Below are positions 1-8,435 of a stretch of DNA of 64,000 bases, piece by piece. Origin of the DNA: an uncultured Spirochaetota bacterium (GTDB lineage: Bacteria > Spirochaetota > Spirochaetia > SZUA-6 > CAVTHK01); contig CAVTHK010000007.1 of the NCBI GenBank assembly GCA_963734495.1, positions 64,001-128,000 on the forward strand, given 5' to 3'. A program made the translations under genes and the position numbers. How positions within the stretch are numbered: position 1 is the first letter of the stretch; the number at the start of each line of letters is the position of its first letter. Under the pieces are notes generated by a model. That model was not told the origin of the DNA and searched no databases. It worked only from the letters and a program-made list of their open reading frames with translations.

Positions 1-150
1 CGCGCGCACTTTCCGGGTGGACGCGCATCGCCGGCCGCTCTGGCCGGCGCATGATCTCATGCGCGCGACCATTTGGTCAACGTGTACGAAACGCGAGGAT
101 TGCATGCGATCTCGAGCCGCGGCGCAAGGCGGCCCGGGGACGGCGCGCGA

Positions 151-918
151 TCAGGGAGTCCCGCGTATTTCTTTCTCGATGCGAGACTTGTTGGCAATCG
201 CTTCGCTGCGCCTCGAGTCCACCTGCGTCGTCGCCGCGATCTGGCTGTAAACCGCGACGGCTTCGCGCAGCCGGCCGAGACGGTAAAGGATGTTGGCGAG
301 GAGAAACGACGCGTCGTCGTCGCGCGAGCGCAGCTGCAGCACGCGACGGACGAGCGGCTCGGCCTCGGCGACCTTGTCCAGCTCGAACGTGTCGAGCACC
401 GCGAGGCCGTACATCGCCTCGGCGTAGTCGGGGTCGATCTCGAGGGCACGGCGGAAGCTCGAGTCGGCGCGGTCGAGCCACAGGCCCCTCTCCGACTGCG
501 GCTGTGCGCGGCTCACCTGCGCGGCCGAGACTCCGGCATAGTAGAACAGCACCGAGTTGTTCGTGTGAAAGGTCATGGCCTCCTTGAGGCTCTCGTACGC
601 CTGCTGGTACATCTCCAGGCGCATGTAGGCCACGGCCAGCATCTTGTAGTAGATGCCGAGCTGCTGCGAGGCTTCCACCTTCTTGTCCACGATGCCGCGG
701 TAGCGCGCGATCTCCCGCCGCAGCTCCTCGATCCTCGCGTCGGACGGGCCCGGCTGGCCCTGCGCCGGCTTCTCCATCTGTACGAGGCCGTCCACGTAGA
801 AGTCGTCGCGCTTCTCGCACGACGCGAAGCCCGCGAGCACCAGGCACGCGGCGAGGAACCCGCGGATCGACCTGCCGGCGCGGCGGCCGAAGCGGGCGGA
901 CGGCTGCGAGGGAGCCAT
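151..918 (-). CDS. TPR-repeat putative lipoprotein, directly downstream of motB
   Basis: 255-aa ORF; hydrophobic leader ending FAS-C; TPR signatures (ALEIDPDYAEAMYGLA, ASFLLANILYRLGR). Confidence 0.8.
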   Translation of the reverse strand: MAPSQPSARFGRRAGRSIRGFLAACLVLAGFASCEKRDDFYVDGLVQMEKPAQGQPGPSDARIEELRREIARYRGIVDKKVEASQQLGIYYKMLAVAYMRLEMYQQAYESLKEAMTFHTNNSVLFYYAGVSAAQVSRAQPQSERGLWLDRADSSFRRALEIDPDYAEAMYGLAVLDTFELDKVAEAEPLVRRVLQLRSRDDDASFLLANILYRLGRLREAVAVYSQIAATTQVDSRRSEAIANKSRIEKEIRGTP

Positions 919-1650
919 CTACAGGTGACCTTCGTTGAGGAGAATCACGTCGACGCGCCGGTTGTAGGCCCGGCCCTCCGGGGTGTCGTTGGACGCCAGC
1001 GGGACGGTGTCCGCGAGGCCCATGACCTGGCACCGCGTGTCGTCGACGCCGTAGTCGGCGAGGTAGTGCAGGATGTTGATCGCGCGCAGGGCGGACAGCT
1101 CCCAGTTGGTCGGGAACGGCCCCCGCGGCTCGGTGGGCACGTTGTCCGTGTGACCCTCGAGCCTGAACTTCCTGCCGGCCATTTCCGGCGCGGACATGAG
1201 CGCGGCGAGCTTCTGGAGCGGCCCGCGCGCCTGGTCCAGGACCACCTCCGCGCTGGCCGGCCTGAAGAACGAATCCGCGGCGAGCGAGATCACCAGCCCG
1301 CGCTCGTCCTCGCGGATGCGCACGGCCTTGGTGCGGATCTCCGACTGGAAGACGGCCGCGGCCGTCTGCCTGGCGCGGCCGAGAAACTTGCCTTTCTCGA
1401 TGGAGGGCAGCGAGTTCACCGAGTTGCCGAGGTCGGCCAGCTTGCCCGCCTGCAGCGTGTTGCCGCCGGCCTGGCTTCCCACGCCCGTGAAGTTGGAGAG
1501 CACGAGCCTGATCTCGCTGACGTCGAGCTTGTCCGAGGAGACGGCGTACAGCATGACGAAGAAGACGAGGAGCTGCGTGACGAGGTCCGAGTAAGTGAGC
1601 AGCCACAGGGGCTGCCCCTCGTCGCGTTTCTTCCTGAACTTCTTGGCCAT
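919..1650 (-). CDS. motB: Flagellar stator protein MotB
   Basis: WLLTYSDLVT TM motif with conserved Asp; OmpA-like PG-binding domain (GHTDN, NWELSALRA, NRRVD). Confidence 0.92.
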   Translation of the reverse strand: MAKKFRKKRDEGQPLWLLTYSDLVTQLLVFFVMLYAVSSDKLDVSEIRLVLSNFTGVGSQAGGNTLQAGKLADLGNSVNSLPSIEKGKFLGRARQTAAAVFQSEIRTKAVRIREDERGLVISLAADSFFRPASAEVVLDQARGPLQKLAALMSAPEMAGRKFRLEGHTDNVPTEPRGPFPTNWELSALRAINILHYLADYGVDDTRCQVMGLADTVPLASNDTPEGRAYNRRVDVILLNEGHL

Positions 1651-1659
1651 GCCGAGCTC

Positions 1660-2442
1660 CTAGCGAGCGGCCTCCGCCTGCCGCACGGCCTCGCGCCGCG
1701 CCGGAGGCAGGAAGCAGAGGAGCTTTTCCTCGAGGATGCGAGGGTTGTCCCCGGACTGGATCGACAGCACGCCCTCGACCATGATCTCGCGCACCAGGGC
1801 CTCAGCCCCGTCCCGATCTTCGAGCTTCTTCCTGATCTGCCCGAAGATCAGGTACGAGAGGATGATGCCGTAGAACGTCGTGAGCAGCGCGACCGCCATG
1901 CCCTTGCCGATCGTGGTCCGGTCCTCGATCCGGCCGAGCAGGATGATGAGACCCAGGATCGTGCCGAACATGCCGAATGCCGGCGCCTGCGTGGACCAGT
2001 CGGTGATCAGCGAGATCGCGGTCGCGTGGCGCGCCTGGATCTGGTTGAGCTCGTTGTAGAGGATGTTCTTGATGATGTCGGGGTCCGTGCCGTCCACGAC
2101 GAGCTGGATGCCCTTGCGCAGAAAGCCGTCCTCGATCTCCTCGAGGTCGTCCTCGAGGGCGAGCAGCCCTTCGCGGCGCGCCTTTTCGGAGAAGGCCACG
2201 AGCTGCGTGATGAGCCGCTCCTCCTGGAAGTTCTGCGGGGTGAGGGCGTGGCGGACGAACGTGGCGATCTGAAGGACGCGGCTCACCGGGTGAGCGACGA
2301 AGAGCGAAAAGAACGAGGCGCCGACCGTGATCATCAGCGACGGCGGATCGAAAAAGGCGCGCGGATTGCCGCCGCCCCAGAGGATGCCGATCACCGTCAG
2401 CACGAGGCCGCCCGAGACCCCAAGAATTACGCCAATGTCCAT
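1660..2442 (-). CDS. motA: Flagellar stator protein MotA
   Basis: KARREGLLALE, APAFGMFGT, MAVALLTTFYG and IQSGDNP motifs; adjacent to motB. Confidence 0.92.
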   Translation of the reverse strand: MDIGVILGVSGGLVLTVIGILWGGGNPRAFFDPPSLMITVGASFFSLFVAHPVSRVLQIATFVRHALTPQNFQEERLITQLVAFSEKARREGLLALEDDLEEIEDGFLRKGIQLVVDGTDPDIIKNILYNELNQIQARHATAISLITDWSTQAPAFGMFGTILGLIILLGRIEDRTTIGKGMAVALLTTFYGIILSYLIFGQIRKKLEDRDGAEALVREIMVEGVLSIQSGDNPRILEEKLLCFLPPARREAVRQAEAAR

Positions 2443-2597
2443 ACGCCTATGCTCTCAGTTCGGAAGTCTTGCGCCCACACCGACGGAACGGCCTCGAAAC
2501 CGTTCTCGATTGTATCACGGCAACGGAAGCACGGCGAGAGGACCCGTCCGGGCAGGCCCCGCCCCCGGCAAAGCCCCGCATGAGCCCCACATTTATC

Positions 2598-2625
2598 TGA
2601 TCGGAATCCGGGACGTCCGCCGATA
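2598..2625 (-). promoter_or_regulatory. Candidate sigma28 (FliA)-type promoter upstream of motA
   Basis: Minus strand TATC-N16-TCCGATCA versus consensus TAAA-N15/16-GCCGATAA; a sigma70-like TGATACAAT also lies at 2509-2517. Confidence 0.3.
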
Positions 2626-2650
2626 GCCCGCGAGGCGCCGGGGCCGCGGC

Positions 2651-3040
2651 CTACTTCTTCTCCACGTCCTCTTCCACAAAGAAGCGCAGGATGGTCGAGC
2701 CGGCGACCAGCCGGTCGCCGTAGAGGATGCGGCTCCTCTTTTCCAGCTTCCGCGCGTTCAGCGTCGTGCCGTTGGTCGAGCCCAGGTCCTCCACGTAGAA
2801 CTCGCCGTTCTCGACGCTGACGCGGAAATGGCGCCGGCTCATCAGCGGGTCGGCGATCGCGAAATCGGCGTCGTCCTGCCGTCCCACGATCGTGGCGGGA
2901 CCGGCGATCACGTGGGACCTGCCGAAGAGATTGCGCGAGAGCACGACGAGAATGCCCTGGCTTCCGAGGATGCTTGCGGAACCCGGCTTGCGCGGGTCGG
3001 TCTGCATCGTGGTCCTGTCCTGCGGCCGCTCCATCGTCAT
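2651..3040 (-). CDS. FHA domain protein
   Basis: GR...SRRH...DLGSTNGT motifs; ATG at 3040 overlaps the guaA stop. Confidence 0.88.
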   Translation of the reverse strand: MTMERPQDRTTMQTDPRKPGSASILGSQGILVVLSRNLFGRSHVIAGPATIVGRQDDADFAIADPLMSRRHFRVSVENGEFYVEDLGSTNGTTLNARKLEKRSRILYGDRLVAGSTILRFFVEEDVEKK

Positions 3041-4878
3041 TCCCACTCCACCGTTGCCGGGGGCTTGCCCGTGACGTCGTAGAGGACCAGGTCGACCTGC
3101 GGGAGCTCGCGCCGCAGCCTGGCGGCGATGCGGTCGAGCGCCGCGGGCTCGAGGTCCCTGCCGACCCACGCGGGCCTGCCGGTCATGTAGTCCTGGGTGA
3201 TCACCGCCCGGATCGCGATCGAGAACCGGCGCTCGCGGCCGAACGGCAGCAGCACCGGGAACGTCTGGCTCACGGGCGGCCTGTCGAGCTCCGCCCGCAC
3301 GATCGCGTCCGCCTCCCGCAGCAGGTCGAGGGCCGGCTTCGAGAGCGTCGCCGGGAACACCTCGGCCCCCGCGAGATTGCCGTCGAGCACGTACGCCACG
3401 CGATTGACGAAGTCCAGCCGGTTGGGGATCTCCGCCCCGAGCGTCGCGAGCGTCTCCCAGGCCGGCTTCTGCGCATTCGCCATCACCGCGAGATAGCGGT
3501 AGCTGCGGTTGTCGCCCTGGACGCCGACCGTGCGCAGCGGCACGACCCGCCCGTCCAGGCCGCTTCCCGCGATCTGGCGCTCGAAGCGCGCCGTCTGCTC
3601 GGCCGTGACCGCCTCGCGCGCCTCCGTGCAGATCACGCGGATCCCGAGCCCGGGCCCGGGGAACGGCTGGCGGGCGGCGATGCGCTCGTCGATGCCGAGC
3701 CTGCGCGCCACGTCGCGCACTTCGTCCTTGTGCCAGTCCCAGTTGGTCTCGATCACCCGCCCCCGTGCGCGCGCCTCGCGGATCAGGTCCACGTCGTTGT
3801 GATGGGTCTTGATCCTGTGCGCGTAGCCGCTCACGTCGGGGTTCCCGCTCTCGATGAGGTCGGGCCTCAGCGTGCCCTGGGCCAGGAACGCCTTGTCGAG
3901 GTCGAGGCCCAGCTCCCGCGCGGCGCGGTCGACCACCTTGACGAAGAGCGTCCCGATGATCCGCCGCTTCTCCTCCGGGTCGGTCGTGCGGGCGAGCGGC
4001 CCGATCACGCGCCCGCCGTCCGGCACGGGTGTGTTGTAGAAGTCCTCCCACGCGTTCACCCGCAGCAGGCTCCTCAGGCCGAGCCGCGCGAGGTTCTCGC
4101 AGACCAGGTCGCTCTCGCCCTTGCGCATCAGGCCGTGGTCCACGTGGATCGCGTGCACCTGCTCCGCATCGAGCGCCCGCAGCAGCAGCGCCGCGCTCAC
4201 GGCCGAGTCCACGCCGCCGCTCACCAGCACCACCACGGGATCGCGCCCGACCCGGCTGCGGATCATCTCGATCGACGCCCGGATGCGGTCCTCCAGGACG
4301 TAGGAGCCGCGCAGCGAGCAGATGCGGTAGACGAAGCTGCTGAGCATGGCCCGCCCGTTCTCGGTCAGATCGACCTCGGGGTGGAACTGCACGCCGTAGA
4401 TCGGCCGCTCGCTGTGGCAGATCGCGGCCACGACGTCCTCCGACCGGCCGGCGACGCGAAAGGAGTCCGCCAGGCGCTCCACGGAGTCGCCGTGGCTCAT
4501 GAGCACCCGCTGCCTGCGCCCGAGCCCGGAAAAGAGCGGGCACCCCGGGTCCACCTCGATGACCGTCTCGCCGTACTCGCGGCCGCCGACGCTCCTGATC
4601 ACGCCGCCGAAATGCTGGTTGATGAGCTGCATCCCGTAGCAGATCCCGAGGAACGGCACGGGCAGGTCGAAGAGCGACCGGTCGTAGGGCGGGCTGTCGT
4701 CGGCGTAGACGCTCGCGGGGCCGCCCGAGAGGATGACCCCCTGGTAGTCGCGCAGGTCGGCGGCGCTGACGTCCAGCGGGAAGATGTCGCTGCGCACGGA
4801 GAGCTCCCGCACCCGGCGGTCGATCACCTTGGTGTACTGCCCGCCGCAGTCCAGCACGGCGACCTTCTCAGTCGTCAC
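3037..4878 (-). CDS. guaA: GMP synthase (glutamine-hydrolysing)
   Basis: GICYGMQ, QFHPEV, SGGVDS, IKTHHN, PFPGPGL, KPPATVEWE. Confidence 0.97.
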   Translation of the reverse strand: MTTEKVAVLDCGGQYTKVIDRRVRELSVRSDIFPLDVSAADLRDYQGVILSGGPASVYADDSPPYDRSLFDLPVPFLGICYGMQLINQHFGGVIRSVGGREYGETVIEVDPGCPLFSGLGRRQRVLMSHGDSVERLADSFRVAGRSEDVVAAICHSERPIYGVQFHPEVDLTENGRAMLSSFVYRICSLRGSYVLEDRIRASIEMIRSRVGRDPVVVLVSGGVDSAVSAALLLRALDAEQVHAIHVDHGLMRKGESDLVCENLARLGLRSLLRVNAWEDFYNTPVPDGGRVIGPLARTTDPEEKRRIIGTLFVKVVDRAARELGLDLDKAFLAQGTLRPDLIESGNPDVSGYAHRIKTHHNDVDLIREARARGRVIETNWDWHKDEVRDVARRLGIDERIAARQPFPGPGLGIRVICTEAREAVTAEQTARFERQIAGSGLDGRVVPLRTVGVQGDNRSYRYLAVMANAQKPAWETLATLGAEIPNRLDFVNRVAYVLDGNLAGAEVFPATLSKPALDLLREADAIVRAELDRPPVSQTFPVLLPFGRERRFSIAIRAVITQDYMTGRPAWVGRDLEPAALDRIAARLRRELPQVDLVLYDVTGKPPATVEWE

Positions 4879-6359
4879 GGGCCGCCTGCTCCCGCCTCGA
4901 CCGCCTCGACCGCGGCAGATTGCGCGAGCGCGGCCGCGACCCTGTCAAGACGCCGCTCCTCGCGCACGGCCGTGTCGAGCGCCACCTGGGCCGCGAGACC
5001 CGCGTAGGCCGCCGGCTCCTCGAAGAACCGCTGCGGCTCGACGGCGCCCCGCCGCGCCAGCGCCGCGCGCAGCCGCTCCCACACCGCCGGCTGGCCGCGC
5101 AGCACGTCGGCGAGCCTTCGGCCGGAGGAGGCGGCCTCCCGCGAGGCCCGCCGCAGCACCTCGTGCGCCTCTCCTTCGCCCGCCGCGGCGAGCAGGATGT
5201 ACGCCGCCTCGGCGAGCACGTTGTCGCCCGCTGCCTCGAGGTTCGATGCCATCCGGTCGCGGGCTACGTCCAGCGACTCGACCACCGAGAGGGCGCGGTT
5301 GGCGGCCGCCGCGAACCCGGCGAGGTATTCGGCGACAAAGCGGGACGAGGCGGAGTTGGTCAGGTCGCGCTGGTGCTCCGAGATCTGGTCCATGAAGAAG
5401 GTCATGACCCTCGGGGCGAAGGCCTTCCACAGGCTTTTCACGTGCTCGCTGTTCCAGGGGTTGCGCTTCTGCGGCATCGTCGAGGACCCGACCTGGGAAT
5501 CCGCGAAGCCCTCGCGCACCTCGTCGATCTCCGAGCGCTGGAGGTTCCGCAGGTCGTCGGCCAGGTTGGCGAGGACCCCGAAGGCCGTGTTCATCTCGAG
5601 CAGCACGAGGAGAAGGTACTCGGGCTCCACGATCTGCGTCGAGTGGTCCGAGGGCTTGAGGCCCAGCCTGGCCAGCACCTCGGTCTCGAAGGCGCGCGGG
5701 TCCCGGACCATGAGGGCGGTCGCGTTGTAGGCCCCGACCGCGCCCGCCAGTTTCCCGCGGAGGTCCGCGCTGCGGGCTTCGAGGCGCTCGATCGACTTGC
5801 CCAGCCGCGAGACGTACTCGGCCAGCGCGAAGCCGAAGGTGATCGGCACCGCGTGCTGCCCGTGCGTCCGCCCCACCTGGGGAGTCGCGGCCTCGCGGCG
5901 GGCGAGCTCGATCAGCGCCCGCTCGAGGCGGATCAGCACGGGAAGGATCGCGCCGCGCACGGCGTCCCGCACCTGAAGGGCCGCGGCCGTGTCCCTGATG
6001 TCGTAGGAGGTCGCCCCGAGGTGGACCAGGTGACGCACCGCGGGCGGGACCTTCCGCTTGAGCACGTTGACCAGGGCCCGCAGGTCGTGGTGCGTCTTTT
6101 CCTCTTCGGCGTTGACCTCTTCGGGGTCGATCCCCTCCCGCTCGAGGGCGGCGAGGGCCTTGCCCACCGCTTCGCGGTCCGGAATGTCCGGGTCGAGGCG
6201 GATGAGCGCGGCCAGGAGGGCAAGCTCGACGCGGACGCAGGTCCGCACGCGACCGTTCTCGCTGAGGTTCGCGGCGAGGCTCTCGAAGAGCTCGCGGTTC
6301 GCGAGCAGGTACCTGTGGTCGAGCGGCGAGATGTTGGCGAAAATGTCGCGCGCGGGCAT
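4875..6359 (-). CDS. purB: Adenylosuccinate lyase
   Basis: HLGATS, GRTHGQHA, GSSTMPQKRNP, QRDLTNS. Confidence 0.95.
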   Translation of the reverse strand: MPARDIFANISPLDHRYLLANRELFESLAANLSENGRVRTCVRVELALLAALIRLDPDIPDREAVGKALAALEREGIDPEEVNAEEEKTHHDLRALVNVLKRKVPPAVRHLVHLGATSYDIRDTAAALQVRDAVRGAILPVLIRLERALIELARREAATPQVGRTHGQHAVPITFGFALAEYVSRLGKSIERLEARSADLRGKLAGAVGAYNATALMVRDPRAFETEVLARLGLKPSDHSTQIVEPEYLLLVLLEMNTAFGVLANLADDLRNLQRSEIDEVREGFADSQVGSSTMPQKRNPWNSEHVKSLWKAFAPRVMTFFMDQISEHQRDLTNSASSRFVAEYLAGFAAAANRALSVVESLDVARDRMASNLEAAGDNVLAEAAYILLAAAGEGEAHEVLRRASREAASSGRRLADVLRGQPAVWERLRAALARRGAVEPQRFFEEPAAYAGLAAQVALDTAVREERRLDRVAAALAQSAAVEAVEAGAGGP

Positions 6360-6499
6360 GGCCGCACTAGTAGAGCATTGCAGCGAAAGTGTAAAGCGCT
6401 GAAGCGCAGGACAGCCTGGCGCGCTCGCCGGGCCGCCGCCGCGCCGCCCCCCCTGCCCCCCCGGTGCTTCGCGGGGTATACTCCTCGGGAGGAGCCGCC

Positions 6500-8428
6500 A
6501 TCACGGATTACGACAAGCTCTTCGCCAGGGCCCTCGAGGCGGGGCGCAACCGGGACTACCGGACCGCCGCGGACCTCCTCACCGAGGTCGCCGGGGGGAG
6601 CGACCGGCACCCCCAGGCGCTGCTCTACCTCGGGCGCGCCTGCCACGCCCTGGGCGACCTTCCCCGCGCGGTCTATGCCCTCGAGCTCTACCTCAAGACC
6701 GCGCCGGAGTCCGCCGCCGGGCGCTTCTTTCTCGGCAGGGCCTGCCTCGCGCTCGGGCTCGCGGGCCGCGCCGCGGCGCTCCTCGAGGCGGTGGTGCGCG
6801 CGCAGCCTCGCTTTGCCGCCGCCGAGAGCCTGCTCGGGCTGGCGCTCCTGCGGCTGCGCCGGGTCGACCGGGCGCTGGAGCACTTCGAGAGCGCCGTCCG
6901 CCTGGAGCCCGACAACGAGCGGATCGCCAACGGCTACCTCGGGGCCCTCGTGGTCAAGGGCATCCGGGCGGCGCGGCGCGGGCTCTCGGGCGAGGCGGAG
7001 CAGATCTTCCGATTCGTGCTCGAGAAGCGGCCGGACAACCTTCTGTCTCACGTGTACCTGGGAAGGATCTACCGGGAGGCCGGCCGCGCGGACCTGGCGC
7101 TCAGCCACTACGGCCGGGCGTGCGAGCTCGCCCCGGATGACCAGGTCCTGCTCGTGCTGTCCTCGATCTCGGCCATGCGGGCCGGGCGCGCCGACCTGGC
7201 GTCCGCCGCCCTGGAAAAGCTCTCGGCCGCCGTGGGCCGGGACGAGGCGTTCGCCCGCGCGCTTTCCGGGAACCCCGACCTGCTGCCCAGGCTCGCGGCG
7301 CTGAGCTTTTTCCAGGGCCGCCGCTTCCGCGAGGCGCTGCGCGCGGGAAAGGTCGCGCTGCGCGCGGACTACCACGACGCCGAGATGCACTCCCTCGTGG
7401 CGAGCGCCTACCTCACGTTAGGCGAAGCCGGCCGCGCCCGCAATCACTTCGAGCGCGCGCTGCAGTACGGCGCCTCGCGCCTGGAGGCCTCGTACGGCCT
7501 CGCCCTCGCGCTCTGGGAGCTGCGGGAGCACGAGGAGCTGCTGCGGGTCGCGAACCGCATCGAGCACCTGCGGCCGGGCGACCGGGCGGGCCGCTACTTC
7601 CGCGCGCTCGCGCGCTCGGCGACGGAGAAAGCCGGCGGCGAGCTGGTCGCGGGCCTGCAGGAGGCGATCCGCGAGAGCGGGCCGGACGAGTACCTGATGA
7701 CCGCCCTCGGCAGGGCCTACCTCGACACGGGCCTCGCCCGCCTCGCGGTCGGCTGGCTCGAGCGCGCGCTCAAGCTCGCACCCGGTCACGGCGAGGCCCT
7801 CGAGCTGCTGCTCGAGGCCCGCGAGGAGCTGGAGGAGGACGAGGAGCTGCCGGCGGCCTATCGCCGTTACCTCGAGCGTTTCCCGAGGCGCGACAAGGCG
7901 AGGCGGCGTTTCGTGGACTGCCTGACGGGCCGTGGCCTCTGGGAGGAGGCCTCGCGCGAGATCCTCGTTCTCCTGACCCGGCAACCGGCGAGCCGGGCCC
8001 TCAGGAAGATGCTCGCCAACTGCTACCTGATGACGCGCCACTATCGCGACGCGGCGGTGCTGTACCGCGGGCTGCTGCGCGACGAGCCGCGATCGCTCGC
8101 GCTGCTGCGCGCCCTCGTCCGCTGCCTGGACCGCATGCGCAGCCACCGCTCGGCCATCGTGCTTCTGGAGAAAGCCGACCCCTTCTTCAAGGGCCACGTC
8201 GAAGTCCTTCTGCCCCTCGGCGTCCTTTACATAAAGGTCAAGGACTTCGAGCGCGCGCAGGCCACGCTGCGGCGGGTCCTCGCGGCGGCGCCAAAGGACT
8301 GGCGGGCCCATCACAACCTCGGCCGCGCCTACGCGAAGGCGGGCCAGCAGGTCTTTGCCGAACGCTTCTTCGAATCCGCCCGCAGATACAGGGCCGCCGC
8401 CGAAAGCGAGGGCGATCGGCGGCGGTAG
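6500..8428 (+). CDS. Multi-TPR protein (start is GTG 6464 or ATC 6500)
   Basis: Long ORF with many TPR repeats; SD GGAGGAG at 6488-6494 precedes an in-frame ATC. Confidence 0.85.
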   Translation: MTDYDKLFARALEAGRNRDYRTAADLLTEVAGGSDRHPQALLYLGRACHALGDLPRAVYALELYLKTAPESAAGRFFLGRACLALGLAGRAAALLEAVVRAQPRFAAAESLLGLALLRLRRVDRALEHFESAVRLEPDNERIANGYLGALVVKGIRAARRGLSGEAEQIFRFVLEKRPDNLLSHVYLGRIYREAGRADLALSHYGRACELAPDDQVLLVLSSISAMRAGRADLASAALEKLSAAVGRDEAFARALSGNPDLLPRLAALSFFQGRRFREALRAGKVALRADYHDAEMHSLVASAYLTLGEAGRARNHFERALQYGASRLEASYGLALALWELREHEELLRVANRIEHLRPGDRAGRYFRALARSATEKAGGELVAGLQEAIRESGPDEYLMTALGRAYLDTGLARLAVGWLERALKLAPGHGEALELLLEAREELEEDEELPAAYRRYLERFPRRDKARRRFVDCLTGRGLWEEASREILVLLTRQPASRALRKMLANCYLMTRHYRDAAVLYRGLLRDEPRSLALLRALVRCLDRMRSHRSAIVLLEKADPFFKGHVEVLLPLGVLYIKVKDFERAQATLRRVLAAAPKDWRAHHNLGRAYAKAGQQVFAERFFESARRYRAAAESEGDRRR

Positions 8429-8435
8429 CCCGGGG

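Noticed and set aside
919-2442. Zorya ZorAB defence motor, or TolQR/ExbBD
   Set aside because: The A subunit is a normal 260-aa MotA with torque motifs and no long tail, B has the MotB plug and OmpA domain, and no zorC/D/E, tolA or tonB is adjacent.
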